Shown here one piece after another: positions 29,020-38,567 of a stretch of DNA of 64,000 nucleotides. Positions within the stretch are counted from its first letter, which is position 1; each line of letters begins with the position of its first letter. This DNA comes from Candidatus Aquitaenariimonas noxiae (GTDB lineage: Bacteria > Omnitrophota > Gorgyraeia > Aquitaenariimonadales > Aquitaenariimonadaceae): contig PEWV01000075.1 of the NCBI GenBank assembly GCA_002780005.1, positions 14,133-78,132 on the forward strand. The letters are read 5' to 3'. The notes beneath the pieces are model-generated. The model was not told the origin of the DNA and searched no databases. It worked only from the letters and a program-made list of their open reading frames with translations. Both the position numbers and the translations under genes were made by a program.

Positions 29020-29205
29020 CTATTTATTTTTCTTTTTCATTTGGTCTTTGTAATACAAATAGCACTTTTTGCACACCCCATCCGATTCGGCCCATTCCGG
29101 ATGTTTCTTTTTAATAGCACCCACTACGTGCCCCTCCGTATGGGAGATCATCATGAGTAGATCTCTTGGCATCGCCTTACCGCATGTAGGACAGATATAG
29201 TCCAT
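29020..29205 (-). CDS. small zinc-ribbon protein, hypothetical
   Basis: CPTCG ... CKKC cysteine pairs; 61 aa. Confidence 0.4.
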   Translation of the reverse strand: MDYICPTCGKAMPRDLLMMISHTEGHVVGAIKKKHPEWAESDGVCKKCYLYYKDQMKKKNK

Positions 29206-29217
29206 AATGATTTCCTT

Positions 29218-30174
29218 TTATAATTTTATTTTTCTGATTATATCTTTTAAAGTCTCTACCGAATGCTTAAGCTGTTTTTGTTCTATATCGGAAAGTTCCA
29301 GGTTCAGGAACCTCTCAGCCCCGCGAGCGTTGACAACCGAAGGAATGCTGAGGCAAACATCGTTTATGCCGTAGTAACCGTTTATTAAAGTCGAAACAGG
29401 AAGGACGGAATTTTCGTCCCGTAATATGGATTCTACGATCTTTACAAGAGCTAAACCTACAGCGTAATAGGTAGAGCCTTTTGCTTCTATGATTTTATAT
29501 GCCGCATTCTTGACTTCCTTAAAAATTTTATCAAACTCCATTTTGTAATCGCAATGTTTGCCGCAGGCCAGGCAATACTTATCTAAAGCGATCCCGCCTA
29601 TATTTGCGCGGCTCCAGACCGGAAGTTCGGTATCACCGTGCTCCCCTAAGATGTAGGCGTGGACATTTCTCGGGTCCACGCGGCAGTGCTCGCTTATTAA
29701 ATATCTCAACCTTGAACTATCCAAAACTGTGCCTGAACCTATGACGCGGCTTACAGGAAAATCTGATATTTTCAATGTTGCATAGGTAAGGATATCTACC
29801 GGATTTGTAACAATTAAAAAGATGGCGTCTTTAGCGTACTTCGAGATCTTGGGTATTATACTTTTAAAAATTTCGGTATTTCTCTGGACCAGATCTATCC
29901 TTGTCTCGCCGGGAGCCTGCTTAGCGCCGGCCGTTATGACTACGATACTGGCACCCTCGCATTCCTCATATCCGCCTGAAGCCACTTTAACAGGTTGAAC
30001 AAAACTTGCGCCGTGGTTTAAGTCCATCGATTCGCCTTTAGCGCGTTTTGCATCCATATCTATCATGGATATTTCCCTGGCTGATCCGCTTATCATCAAA
30101 GCGTACGCGAAACTGCTGCCCACGCTTCCGGTGCCGATTATAGCGACTTTAGACCGTACATTTTGCATTTTCAC
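29218..30174 (-). CDS. ldh: L-lactate dehydrogenase
   Basis: KVAIIGTGSVGSS; VVITAGAKQ (Gln at the substrate-specificity position); GEHGDT. Confidence 0.85.
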   Translation of the reverse strand: MKMQNVRSKVAIIGTGSVGSSFAYALMISGSAREISMIDMDAKRAKGESMDLNHGASFVQPVKVASGGYEECEGASIVVITAGAKQAPGETRIDLVQRNTEIFKSIIPKISKYAKDAIFLIVTNPVDILTYATLKISDFPVSRVIGSGTVLDSSRLRYLISEHCRVDPRNVHAYILGEHGDTELPVWSRANIGGIALDKYCLACGKHCDYKMEFDKIFKEVKNAAYKIIEAKGSTYYAVGLALVKIVESILRDENSVLPVSTLINGYYGINDVCLSIPSVVNARGAERFLNLELSDIEQKQLKHSVETLKDIIRKIKL

Positions 30175-30179
30175 TGCTC

Positions 30180-30827
30180 CTATTTCACTATATTTTTTAA
30201 TTGCGCCAGATCATCGATAATATAATCCGGCTTGGCTTTGACTATGTCCTCTTTTTTGCCGATACCGTATGTAACGGCGCAGGTAAAAACGCCGGCGCCT
30301 TTTCCGGCAAGCACATCTATATCCATATCGCCTACCATTATAGTCTTTTTTCTGTCAGCTATCTTAAACAAATCTATGACCTTATCCAAAGGGCATGAAG
30401 AAGGCTTCTTGCACCATAGATCGTCCCCGCCAAAAACGCCTTCAAAATAATCATATATCCCTAATTCCTTCATAGTGATCGCCGCGAATTCGTAATTCCT
30501 GTTCGTAGCTACGGCCTTCCGTTTATTTTTGAAATACTCAAGCACCTCCTTGACGCTCGGATACAGGTAAGAAGCGTCTGCGGCGTGCTTTCTATAATAT
30601 TGTTCGAATATTAAAAGCGCCTTTTCTAAAAGATGGTTATTTTTCATCTCGAGGGATTTTTCTACCAGATCCTGGACCCCGTTCCCTATATACGAAGAGA
30701 TCTCGGATCCTTTTTTTTCTTTAAGACCCAGTTCTCTAAGCGTAAAATTGACAGCGTTCGATATGTCTTCCCGGGAATCTACAAGGGTGCCGTCAAGATC
30801 AAATATAATAAGCTCTGTGTCTATCAT
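30180..30827 (-). CDS. HAD-family hydrolase (phosphoglycolate phosphatase-like)
   Basis: IIFDLDGTLVDS motif I; later K and GDxxxD motifs. Confidence 0.8.
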   Translation of the reverse strand: MIDTELIIFDLDGTLVDSREDISNAVNFTLRELGLKEKKGSEISSYIGNGVQDLVEKSLEMKNNHLLEKALLIFEQYYRKHAADASYLYPSVKEVLEYFKNKRKAVATNRNYEFAAITMKELGIYDYFEGVFGGDDLWCKKPSSCPLDKVIDLFKIADRKKTIMVGDMDIDVLAGKGAGVFTCAVTYGIGKKEDIVKAKPDYIIDDLAQLKNIVK

Positions 30828-30831
30828 GGCT

Positions 30832-31545
30832 TCAATATCCTATAAAATTTTCTGTCTTTATCATATTTTTCTGAATGTTCAACTTATCTTTTAAGATCTG
30901 CGCTAAGCCCTCAACCATCTTTGTCGGGCCGCAAATATAAAATACCCTTTCGGAAAAGTCGGGAATCTCTTCTTTTATCATTTGATCGTTTATATAGCCT
31001 ACCCTCCCGCGGTATACTTTTTTATCTATACCCTGCGCGGTTAATGTATGGACCACTTTAATGTTCTTATGGGCAGCACACATCTCGTCTAAATCTTCCT
31101 TGAACACTATATCAGACTCGGTATTGTTGCCATAGAGCAATACTATATCCGTGGGCAATTTTGTATCTGCGACAAATTTACACATGCTCCTTATGGGGGT
31201 TATTCCTATTCCGCCGGAAAGAAACGCTATTTTTTTATATTCTCCTTCGAATGTCATGGAGCCGTAGGGCATTTTCATATGCGCCGGATATCCGATTTTC
31301 ACTTTATTCAAAGTCTGCGAAAACGGGCTTTGCGTTATTCTTTTGGTGAATTCCAAATATCCTTTTTCTGTGGGGGAGTTGGAAAAAGAAAAATACTTTG
31401 ATTCGTCTTTCCCTTCAACTTTTATTGTAAAAAGAAAGAACTGCCCGGCCTTAAAATTAACGTCTGATGTAACTTTAAGCCTGAAACTTTTCACGTTGAA
31501 GGTTCTTTGTATTATATCTATTATTTCGGTATCGAATTCGATCAT
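30832..31545 (-). CDS. FAD/NAD(P)-binding oxidoreductase (ferredoxin-NADP reductase-like)
   Basis: GGIGITPIRSM NAD-binding motif; C-terminal YICGPTKM. Confidence 0.7.
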   Translation of the reverse strand: MIEFDTEIIDIIQRTFNVKSFRLKVTSDVNFKAGQFFLFTIKVEGKDESKYFSFSNSPTEKGYLEFTKRITQSPFSQTLNKVKIGYPAHMKMPYGSMTFEGEYKKIAFLSGGIGITPIRSMCKFVADTKLPTDIVLLYGNNTESDIVFKEDLDEMCAAHKNIKVVHTLTAQGIDKKVYRGRVGYINDQMIKEEIPDFSERVFYICGPTKMVEGLAQILKDKLNIQKNMIKTENFIGY

Positions 31546-31546
31546 A

Positions 31547-32713
31547 TCAGAATATTTTGTTTGCCAATATACCCAAGGCGACTACTTGCGGTACGGTAAC
31601 TAAGGGAAGGAAGATTGCCACTCTTTTCCCGACATTGAACCACAAAAGCCCTATCTCCGTATAATCCGTTACCACACCTGCCATCAAGAATACAAATGCG
31701 TTTCCGAGCGCTAACGTTTGTCTATATATCTCAAAAGCAAGCGGGGCTGTACCCTCCGAGCAAACTTCAAGCACGGTAGCGAGCGCAAGCGTTACAAAAA
31801 GCCCCATTGCAGTAGGCCCCATATATTTGTGAAATATATCGTGCGGAATATACGCTCCGGCTAAGCTCGCCAACCCTATGCCTATCAGTATCCACCATAA
31901 TACCATATTGGCCAGTGAAATTGAACCAGAAAATACACCTTTTACATCTTTTTTTATTGTTTCCATATTAAATTTATATGCTGCGAAATTCTTTTTAATC
32001 TCTTCAAATATGAAAAAATCTTCTCTTGTTGTTTTGATATTTTTGTTGCGCTCGATAAGGTCTTTCGAATCCAGGAATTGATATATAAACCCTGTTGTAA
32101 GCGCGATAATTAATGCGGAGATCACGATATAAAGCCCTTTCCAACCAAAAAGACTTACAAGCATTATGGTAAGCGGAAGGTTTGCCCATGGGCTTGCTAA
32201 AAGAAAGGCTACCACGGCAGGATTCGAAGCCCCCTTTTTGTGTAACTCAATAGAAAGCGCCAGGATACCATGGCTGCACGCGCTCATAAAGAACCCCAAT
32301 ATTACGGAATAAAATATTGTTCTCTTCTTTGGCCTGGAAAGAACATGGGATACGTACTCTCTGGCTACAAAATGGTCTATAACACCTCCCAAAATTAAAC
32401 CTAATAGTACTGCGAACCATATTTTTTGAAAATACATTACAAGCGTTTGTCTAAACGGAGTCAAAATCGAAAATTGGTATGAAAAAATAACGAGCATCGC
32501 TAACGCCGACACTGTTATTAATAGCTTATTTTGATACCATTTGGTATTTGGCTTAACTAAACAGATGGACAGCTCTTTATTATCGATGTGAGCATCTTTT
32601 GCGAATTTAAGAAGGCAATGTTTGCTGCAAAAATAGTAAGTCTCACTACCTCTGGTAAGCCTCAAGGCCTTGGCCTCATCTACGTTCATCCCGCATACAG
32701 GATCTTTTGCCAT
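31547..32713 (-). CDS. predicted permease with N-terminal YHS/TRASH metal-binding domain
   Basis: MAKDPVCGMNVDEAKAL...YYFCSKHC YHS domain followed by roughly 9 TM. Confidence 0.6.
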   Translation of the reverse strand: MAKDPVCGMNVDEAKALRLTRGSETYYFCSKHCLLKFAKDAHIDNKELSICLVKPNTKWYQNKLLITVSALAMLVIFSYQFSILTPFRQTLVMYFQKIWFAVLLGLILGGVIDHFVAREYVSHVLSRPKKRTIFYSVILGFFMSACSHGILALSIELHKKGASNPAVVAFLLASPWANLPLTIMLVSLFGWKGLYIVISALIIALTTGFIYQFLDSKDLIERNKNIKTTREDFFIFEEIKKNFAAYKFNMETIKKDVKGVFSGSISLANMVLWWILIGIGLASLAGAYIPHDIFHKYMGPTAMGLFVTLALATVLEVCSEGTAPLAFEIYRQTLALGNAFVFLMAGVVTDYTEIGLLWFNVGKRVAIFLPLVTVPQVVALGILANKIF

Positions 32714-32728
32714 TTAAACCCCTACAAA

Positions 32729-32790
32729 CAAAACCCCCTTTTAGAATAATTACCGGGCAATTTTTTCATAAAGGGGGTTTTGTCTTTTTT
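32729..32790 (-). terminator. terminator-like hairpin downstream of rubrerythrin
   Basis: AAACCCCCTT (32731-32740) pairs with AAGGGGGTTT (32771-32780); 30-nt loop; U-rich tracts flank both sides. Confidence 0.45.
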
Positions 32791-33380
32791 TAATAATTTT
32801 CGCAAAGTAACTCGTAATAACTCTGAGGGTGCGCGCACGCCGGGCATTCGGCAGGAGCCTCTTTACCTTCATGCACATATCCGCAGTTACGGCATTTCCA
32901 CTTAACTACCGTATCTTTTTTGAATACCTTGCCGTCTTTTATATTCTTCGCTAACTTTCTATATCTTTTTTCATGCTGCTCTTCTACTTCTGCTATTTCT
33001 TTAAATTGCTTGGCTATTTCTTCAAAACCTTCCTTGCAGGCTGTTTCTTCGGCTTCTTTATATAGCTTTGTCCACTCAAGGTTTTCTCCTGACGCCGCGG
33101 CTCCGAGATTTGACATCGTATCCTTTATGATCCCGGCAGGATATGAAGCGATGATCTCTACTTCTCCGCCTTCTAAATACTTAAAAAATCTTTTCGCATG
33201 CTCCTTTTCGTTCTCGGCTGTCTCAAGAAATATCGCTGATATCTGTTCATAGCCCTCCTTCTTCGCGGCAGACGCGAAATAGGTATAACGATTCCTCGCT
33301 TGAGACTCCCCTGCAAACGAAGCCAGAAGGTTCTTTTCTGTCTTTGTCCCCTTCAATCCCTTTGTTTTTGTCAATGCCAT
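32790..33380 (-). CDS. rbr: rubrerythrin (N-terminal diiron ferritin-like domain, C-terminal rubredoxin-like CxxC...CxxC)
   Basis: ExxH pairs plus C-terminal CRNCGY...CPACAHP. Confidence 0.9.
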   Translation of the reverse strand: MALTKTKGLKGTKTEKNLLASFAGESQARNRYTYFASAAKKEGYEQISAIFLETAENEKEHAKRFFKYLEGGEVEIIASYPAGIIKDTMSNLGAAASGENLEWTKLYKEAEETACKEGFEEIAKQFKEIAEVEEQHEKRYRKLAKNIKDGKVFKKDTVVKWKCRNCGYVHEGKEAPAECPACAHPQSYYELLCENY

Positions 33381-33397
33381 TTTACCATCCTCCTTTT

Positions 33398-33556
33398 TTA
33401 GATTTTTTCAAACATATCTTTTGCAACATTGCAAATAGGGCAAACCCAGCCATCCGGCAGATCCGAAAATGCCGTGCCTGGCTTTATCCCATTATCCGGG
33501 TCACCTTTTTCCGGATCATACACATAATCGCACACTGTGCAGCGATATTTATCCAT
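33398..33556 (-). CDS. rd: rubredoxin (52 aa), not in ORF track
   Basis: Own translation [52 protein letters not shown]; classic CxxC...CPxC rubredoxin. Confidence 0.85.
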   Translation of the reverse strand: MDKYRCTVCDYVYDPEKGDPDNGIKPGTAFSDLPDGWVCPICNVAKDMFEKI

Positions 33557-33560
33557 GATC

Positions 33561-34757
33561 TTACCCTTTCTTTTTTACAATATCCGCAAAACTTTTTCCG
33601 TATTCATAGCACTTTTTTAATTCATCCTTATCAGGCGCGAATCTGGCCACAATAGCCTGTTGCGCTATTTCTACACCTGCTTTCTTAAGATATCCCTCGA
33701 TAGACCCTGTAGCACCGCCTGCCCAGCCATAGGATCCGAAACTGCAGCCGATCCTGTTCTTAGGCCTTAAGCCTTTTAAGAACTCCAAAAAGCCAGCGAT
33801 ATTTATAAGAAGGTCATTGTCATGCGTTGACGAGCCTATGATATAACCTTTGGCATCGAGCATCTCTTTGATCACCGTTGTGCGGTCAGTTTGATTGACA
33901 TCAAAAAGTTTTACGCTCACGCCTGAATCCGCCACACCTTCCGCTATTTTCTTTGCCATCTTCTCCGTAGAGCCCCACATTGTCTCATAGACAATAACAA
34001 TCTTTGGCTTTACTTCATTCTTTGCCCAGGAAACGTATGCATTCACGATTTTCATCGGGTCCTTCCGCCATATTATGCCGTGACTGGGCGCTATTATTTT
34101 TATAGGAATACCCATCTTTTGAACTTCTTCTATTTTTCTCAGAACAAGAGCGCTTAAAGGCCATAAGATATTACCGTAATACTTCGCCGATTCCTCCATA
34201 AGTGAAGGCGCGTCAACCTCATCGTCAAACCTCTCGGATGACGCGTAATGTTGGCCAAAGGCATCATTAGGTAAAAGTAAGGCGTCTTCGGCGATATAAG
34301 TAAACATACTGTCAGGCCAATGAAGCATTGGCGCCTCCAAAAAAGTAAGCGTTCTCCTGCCCAATTTTAATTTGTCGCCCGTTTTAACAACCTGGAAATC
34401 CCAGTCACCGTAGTAATACCTATAAAGGCCTTCTTTACACTTAGATGTCCCTATAACCTTAGCCTTCGGGCAAAGTTTCATTATTTCAGGAAGCGCTCCG
34501 GAATGGTCCATTTCCACGTGATTGGCAACAATGTAGTCTATTTTTTCCGGAGGGACGATTTGCCTGATATTTTCTATCATCTCCTGAGCAAAGGGACCGT
34601 AAACGGTATCTATGAGGGTGATCTTCTCGTCTACAATAAGATAGGCATTATATGTAGTTCCTCTGCTGGTCGTATATGTGTGCCCGTGAAAATTCCTTAT
34701 GTTCCAATCGACTGCTCCAACCCAATAAATGCCTTCTAATATCTTTACGGCGGACAT
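33561..34757 (-). CDS. fprA: flavodiiron protein (FprA / rubredoxin:oxygen oxidoreductase type)
   Basis: N-terminal MBL-like diiron domain (HxExDH: HVEMDHSG) and C-terminal flavodoxin domain; 398 aa. Confidence 0.9.
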   Translation of the reverse strand: MSAVKILEGIYWVGAVDWNIRNFHGHTYTTSRGTTYNAYLIVDEKITLIDTVYGPFAQEMIENIRQIVPPEKIDYIVANHVEMDHSGALPEIMKLCPKAKVIGTSKCKEGLYRYYYGDWDFQVVKTGDKLKLGRRTLTFLEAPMLHWPDSMFTYIAEDALLLPNDAFGQHYASSERFDDEVDAPSLMEESAKYYGNILWPLSALVLRKIEEVQKMGIPIKIIAPSHGIIWRKDPMKIVNAYVSWAKNEVKPKIVIVYETMWGSTEKMAKKIAEGVADSGVSVKLFDVNQTDRTTVIKEMLDAKGYIIGSSTHDNDLLINIAGFLEFLKGLRPKNRIGCSFGSYGWAGGATGSIEGYLKKAGVEIAQQAIVARFAPDKDELKKCYEYGKSFADIVKKKG

Positions 34758-34785
34758 TGTAGCCTTCTTTTCAGTTAAACTATTA

Positions 34786-35172
34786 TTAGCCTTCCACTTC
34801 GATGTCTTTGGTGCCTTGCCACAAACCGTGCATATTGCACTTTGCTATTGCTTTTAAAGGACCGTGGGCATGGCTAAGCTTTACTTTAAACAAAGCAACG
34901 GGATAGCTTGTCCCACCGCTATATTGCGCCCTTCCCAAGAAGGTATTTCCGCAATATAGCTCGACCCATTCTATAGAATGAGCAGGCTCATTAGGATGCG
35001 CCAACAAAGTCCCAACTTCAACTTTAACGTCAAAAGGCTGGTCCTTATTAACAGCGCTCGGCGCGCTTATAGTGGGAATGTGCTTCTTTTCTAAATCCGA
35101 CAAATTATTTTTGTCCTTAGGCAACTTTACTCCGCAAAGTATATCGTCGTCACAAGTCCATTTATTTTCCAT
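34786..35172 (-). CDS. sor: superoxide reductase (desulfoferrodoxin/neelaredoxin family; N-terminal domain lacking full Cys4 centre I)
   Basis: Centre II ligands HxxxH...CNxHGLW present. N-terminal domain has only 2 Cys (class III-like). Confidence 0.8.
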   Translation of the reverse strand: MENKWTCDDDILCGVKLPKDKNNLSDLEKKHIPTISAPSAVNKDQPFDVKVEVGTLLAHPNEPAHSIEWVELYCGNTFLGRAQYSGGTSYPVALFKVKLSHAHGPLKAIAKCNMHGLWQGTKDIEVEG

Positions 35173-35214
35173 TTCATACCTCCTTTTCTAAATATTACAT
35201 TCTACTATATATAG

Positions 35215-35739
35215 TTAAATTCCAGTTTTTTGCTCGGTCAATATTATGTGGTCTGACTCTATTTCCGTAAGGGCCTTGAAAAACTCCTTAATTTCTTCCT
35301 CAGACACTTGCCGCATCGCCTCTGTGTAGAATTTAACCGCCCTTTTCTCTCTTTTGTTAGATTCTTCTATGTTCTCCTTATCCGAGTCAAGGGCTTTGTC
35401 GCTTCCGACATTAGAATCGGGTTTTTCTATTTTTAAGTGCTTACATATCGTCGAAGCATGCTCTCTCTCGATTTTTGAGAGGCCCTTAAACATGCTTGAC
35501 ACGTAAACATCTTTGCTTTTTTCCGATACAGCCTTATAAAAATTAGTATTATCTATTTCAAGCTCGAGGGCCTTTTGCAGATGCTCTTTCGATGCGCCTG
35601 ATAAGGTTTTGCTTTCTAAGAGCTTCCAATCTTTTGCCAGAACAAAATACTTTTCATGCGCCCCGCAAAAAGGGCATGTATTGGGTCTTTCTCGTCCTAT
35701 ATAAACCTCGCCGCATATTCTGCAACGATATACTTTCAT
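35215..35739 (-). CDS. reverse rubrerythrin (N-terminal rubredoxin-like domain, C-terminal diiron domain)
   Basis: N-terminal YRCRICGEVY...CPFCGA followed by ferritin-like ExxH motifs. Confidence 0.8.
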   Translation of the reverse strand: MKVYRCRICGEVYIGRERPNTCPFCGAHEKYFVLAKDWKLLESKTLSGASKEHLQKALELEIDNTNFYKAVSEKSKDVYVSSMFKGLSKIEREHASTICKHLKIEKPDSNVGSDKALDSDKENIEESNKREKRAVKFYTEAMRQVSEEEIKEFFKALTEIESDHIILTEQKTGI

Positions 35740-35749
35740 AAAATTCTCC

Positions 35750-36256
35750 TTATTTTTTCTTTAAAAAATTTATGATCTCTTTGCAGAATGCGGGTAAGTC
35801 ATATGGGTTACGTGAAGTAATGAGATTACCGTCTACGACAACCTCACTATCTACAAATTTCGTCCCTGCATTTATTAAATCGTCTTTTATGGCAAAAAAC
35901 GATGTCGCCTTTTTGCCTTTTAAAATTCCGGCAGAAGCAAGCACCCATCCCGCATGGCATATGGCGGCAACCAGCTTATCTTTTTGGTACATACTTTTTA
36001 CAAATTCATTAACTTCTTTATATCTTCGTAAAATGTCAGGCGCGTACCCGCCGGGGATAACCACGCCTTGGAAATCGTCTACTTTTATCTTCTGGATAGC
36101 TTGCTCCTCTTTGGCTGGATAACCTTCTTTACTTTTATACTCACCTTTTCCCGTCCCAACAAGAACTGTTTCCACGCCTTCTTCTCGTAAACGCAAATAA
36201 GGATACCAGACTTCCAATACCTGATAATTATCTTCCACCAAAATCGCTATTTTCAT
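35750..36256 (-). CDS. DJ-1/PfpI family protein
   Basis: AAICHAGWVL nucleophile-elbow Cys; 168 aa. Confidence 0.8.
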   Translation of the reverse strand: MKIAILVEDNYQVLEVWYPYLRLREEGVETVLVGTGKGEYKSKEGYPAKEEQAIQKIKVDDFQGVVIPGGYAPDILRRYKEVNEFVKSMYQKDKLVAAICHAGWVLASAGILKGKKATSFFAIKDDLINAGTKFVDSEVVVDGNLITSRNPYDLPAFCKEIINFLKKK

Positions 36257-36275
36257 AATAGCCTCTCTTTAATGT

Positions 36276-37019
36276 TTAGTGAAAATACTCTGCGGCCAAT
36301 CTGCCAAGGAAGAAACCCGCGCCGCATGAAATCGCCCCTGTAATTAAAGTTTCCAATCCGCTCATGAGCCAGTGCGCTTTTGTGATTTTGGTCTTTATTA
36401 TACCTAAAAAAAAGAGAAACGTCAAAACCGATATCACGGAAGCGCTTAAGGCCCTATTTGTATTATCGAAAATAAAAAATGGCAACAGGGCAGGAAGTGT
36501 CCCGACGAAAAACGAAACCGCTGATATAAAACCTATTTACAAGGGATTATCAATAGACCCCGGGGTTATTCCTATTTCCTCCTGTGCCATAAATTCAAGC
36601 CATCTTTCTTTATTTGCCGTAATACGTTTTACAGCTATTTCTTGTTCGTCTTTCGCGAAACCCATTTCGTTAAAAATATATCTTATTTCCTGCCTTTCTT
36701 TTTCCGGGTCTTCTTCTATTTCTTTTCTCTCGCGTTCGATTTGACTTTCAAAAAAATGCTTTTGCGCCCTGGTCGAAACATATGCCCCGAAGAATATGGC
36801 CAGGGTACCCGCCGTTACCTGGATCATACCTGCTAATATCACTTTATTTATCGCTATCAAAGAAACAGAAACGCCGGCAAGAAAGGAAACCGTGGTCACC
36901 AGGCCCGTATCAATCGAATAAACAACGTCTCTTATAAGCCTTCCTTTTTCGGTATGCCATTCCTCGCCGTGCCAGGCCTTAAGCCTTTTTTCTAGCGGGC
37001 TTTTTATCATTCGCCTCAT
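36276..37019 (-). pseudogene. VIT1/CCC1-family iron/manganese transporter interrupted by a single in-frame TAA
   Basis: ORFs 36537..37019 (N-terminal part with cytoplasmic loop RERKEIEEDPEKERQEIRYIF) and 36276..36485 (C-terminal TMs) are in the same frame, separated by one TAA after ...GSIDNPL. Confidence 0.55.
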
Positions 37020-37245
37020 CTTTCTTCATTTTTTTAGTCTTATAAAAATCTCCGCCTATGCATTGCGGCGCGTATTTACACCAGTCAATGCAGGAAGGCA
37101 TATTTTTTCTATAAACGTAATTCTTGCATTTGGGGCATTTGGTTTTAACTTCATCGGAAAAAATCTCTACCTTGTACCCGCAATTCCCGCATTTTACGAG
37201 GCTAACCTTGAGGTAACGAGAATCTGTGCCGGGGCATTTGATCAT
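36979..37245 (-). CDS. Cys-rich small protein (zinc-ribbon-like), hypothetical
   Basis: 88 aa with CxxC pairs (CGNCGY, CPKCK) and DWCKYAPQC. Confidence 0.4.
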   Translation of the reverse strand: MIKCPGTDSRYLKVSLVKCGNCGYKVEIFSDEVKTKCPKCKNYVYRKNMPSCIDWCKYAPQCIGGDFYKTKKMKKDEANDKKPARKKA

Positions 37246-38084
37246 AGCAATTCACCTCTTATGCTAACGGTTACTTCTTTAAACGGTATCTTTTTCCCCG
37301 ATCCTGAAATAGCTGTTTTGATAACACCTACTAAACCGAAACAGCAGGGAACTTCCATATGAGCGTAGGTTGCGGATCTTATATTATTACTTTTTAAGAT
37401 TTGTGTTATTTTTTCTTGGTAGGCTCCGGTATCGTCAAGCTTTGGACATCCTACCAAAAGAATCTTTCCTTTTAATAACTCATCATGAAAGTCCGGATAC
37501 GCAAAAGGAACGCAGTCTGCCGCGATTAATAAATCAGCTTCCTTAAAATAGGGCGCATTTACAGGAACTAAAGAGATCTGAACAGGCCATTGTCTTAGCC
37601 TGGATATTCCCTTATGGGAAGATTTTTCCTTTTTAAACGTGCCTTCTTTTTCTCCTAGATCCATGACCCTTGAATCAGGGCAGCCGGAAAAACCATGCGA
37701 ATGGCCCGGGGCTTCGGCGCTTTCTTCAAGAGACGGGACCTTTATGCCCTTATTCTTTAAAACATCAACAGCTTGCTTCAGATACGCCTCTTCATTATGA
37801 TCTTTCAGGTGCTTGAGATGGGCTTTTATAACGTTTTTGCCCTGTTTTATTATATTTTCCATAACTTTTCGCTCATCATACTTCTCCGCTTCTCTTTCTT
37901 CTATATTAATAGCGCCCTCGGGGCAATGCCCTATGCAGGCTCCTAACCCGTCGCAAAAAAGATCGCTGATAAGTCTGGCCTTATTATCTATTATTTGCAG
38001 AGCGCCCTCAGGGCAATTCGGTATGCATAATCCGCACCCCGTGCATTTTTCTTCATCTATTTTTATTATTTTTCTTTTCGCCAT
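37242..38084 (-). CDS. 4Fe-4S dicluster domain protein with Cys-containing C-terminal domain of unknown function
   Basis: CTGCGLCIPNCP and CDGLGACIGHCP ferredoxin motifs. Probably co-transcribed with rrf2 (13-nt gap). Confidence 0.6.
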   Translation of the reverse strand: MAKRKIIKIDEEKCTGCGLCIPNCPEGALQIIDNKARLISDLFCDGLGACIGHCPEGAINIEEREAEKYDERKVMENIIKQGKNVIKAHLKHLKDHNEEAYLKQAVDVLKNKGIKVPSLEESAEAPGHSHGFSGCPDSRVMDLGEKEGTFKKEKSSHKGISRLRQWPVQISLVPVNAPYFKEADLLIAADCVPFAYPDFHDELLKGKILLVGCPKLDDTGAYQEKITQILKSNNIRSATYAHMEVPCCFGLVGVIKTAISGSGKKIPFKEVTVSIRGELL

Positions 38085-38096
38085 ATTATTTACCCC

Positions 38097-38492
38097 TCAT
38101 AATAAACATTCAAGCGTAATATCGCTTAGTTGCGAGAGAAGACCTTTCTCTATGTTGTCCAATTTTTTCTTAAGTTTACATTTACCCGTATCAGGACATA
38201 GCCTAGATTTAAACAAATGATCGCTGACTTTAAGCGAACCCTGGCATGCCGTTATCAGGTCCACTAATAATATCTGAGCAGGCCTTTTACTTAATTTAAA
38301 ACCGCCGCCTTTACCCTTGTAAGATTTAAGCAGCCCCTTCTTGCTCAAGACCTGGAGTATCTTTCTTAAGAACGGTTTCGGGATCTTTAATTCTTTCACC
38401 AGCTCCGATACAGAGGTCAGCTCTTTATCATTTTTCGCTATAAAACGCAGGGCCCTCACCGCATAATCCGTATCCCTTGTGATCAATTTCAT
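38097..38492 (-). CDS. Rrf2-family transcriptional regulator (probable Fe-S cluster-binding)
   Basis: N-terminal wHTH (TDYAVRALRFIA); three Cys (CQGS...C...C) typical of IscR/NsrR-like members. Confidence 0.8.
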   Translation of the reverse strand: MKLITRDTDYAVRALRFIAKNDKELTSVSELVKELKIPKPFLRKILQVLSKKGLLKSYKGKGGGFKLSKRPAQILLVDLITACQGSLKVSDHLFKSRLCPDTGKCKLKKKLDNIEKGLLSQLSDITLECLL

Positions 38493-38510
38493 ACTGTCTC
38501 CGGTTAATAT

Positions 38511-38540
38511 AATGATACTGTATTAGTATCTTTTTGTCAA
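38511..38540 (-). promoter_or_regulatory. sigma70-like promoter (TTGACA-17-TATCAT) overlapped by palindrome AATGATACTGTATTAGTATC, upstream of rrf2
   Basis: On the gene strand: TTGACAAAAAGATACTAATACAGTATCATTATATT. Near-identical module upstream of the YHS lipoprotein gene at 42164-42194. Confidence 0.5.
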
Positions 38541-38567
38541 GGAAAAAATTTCCACAAAAATCAGTTT

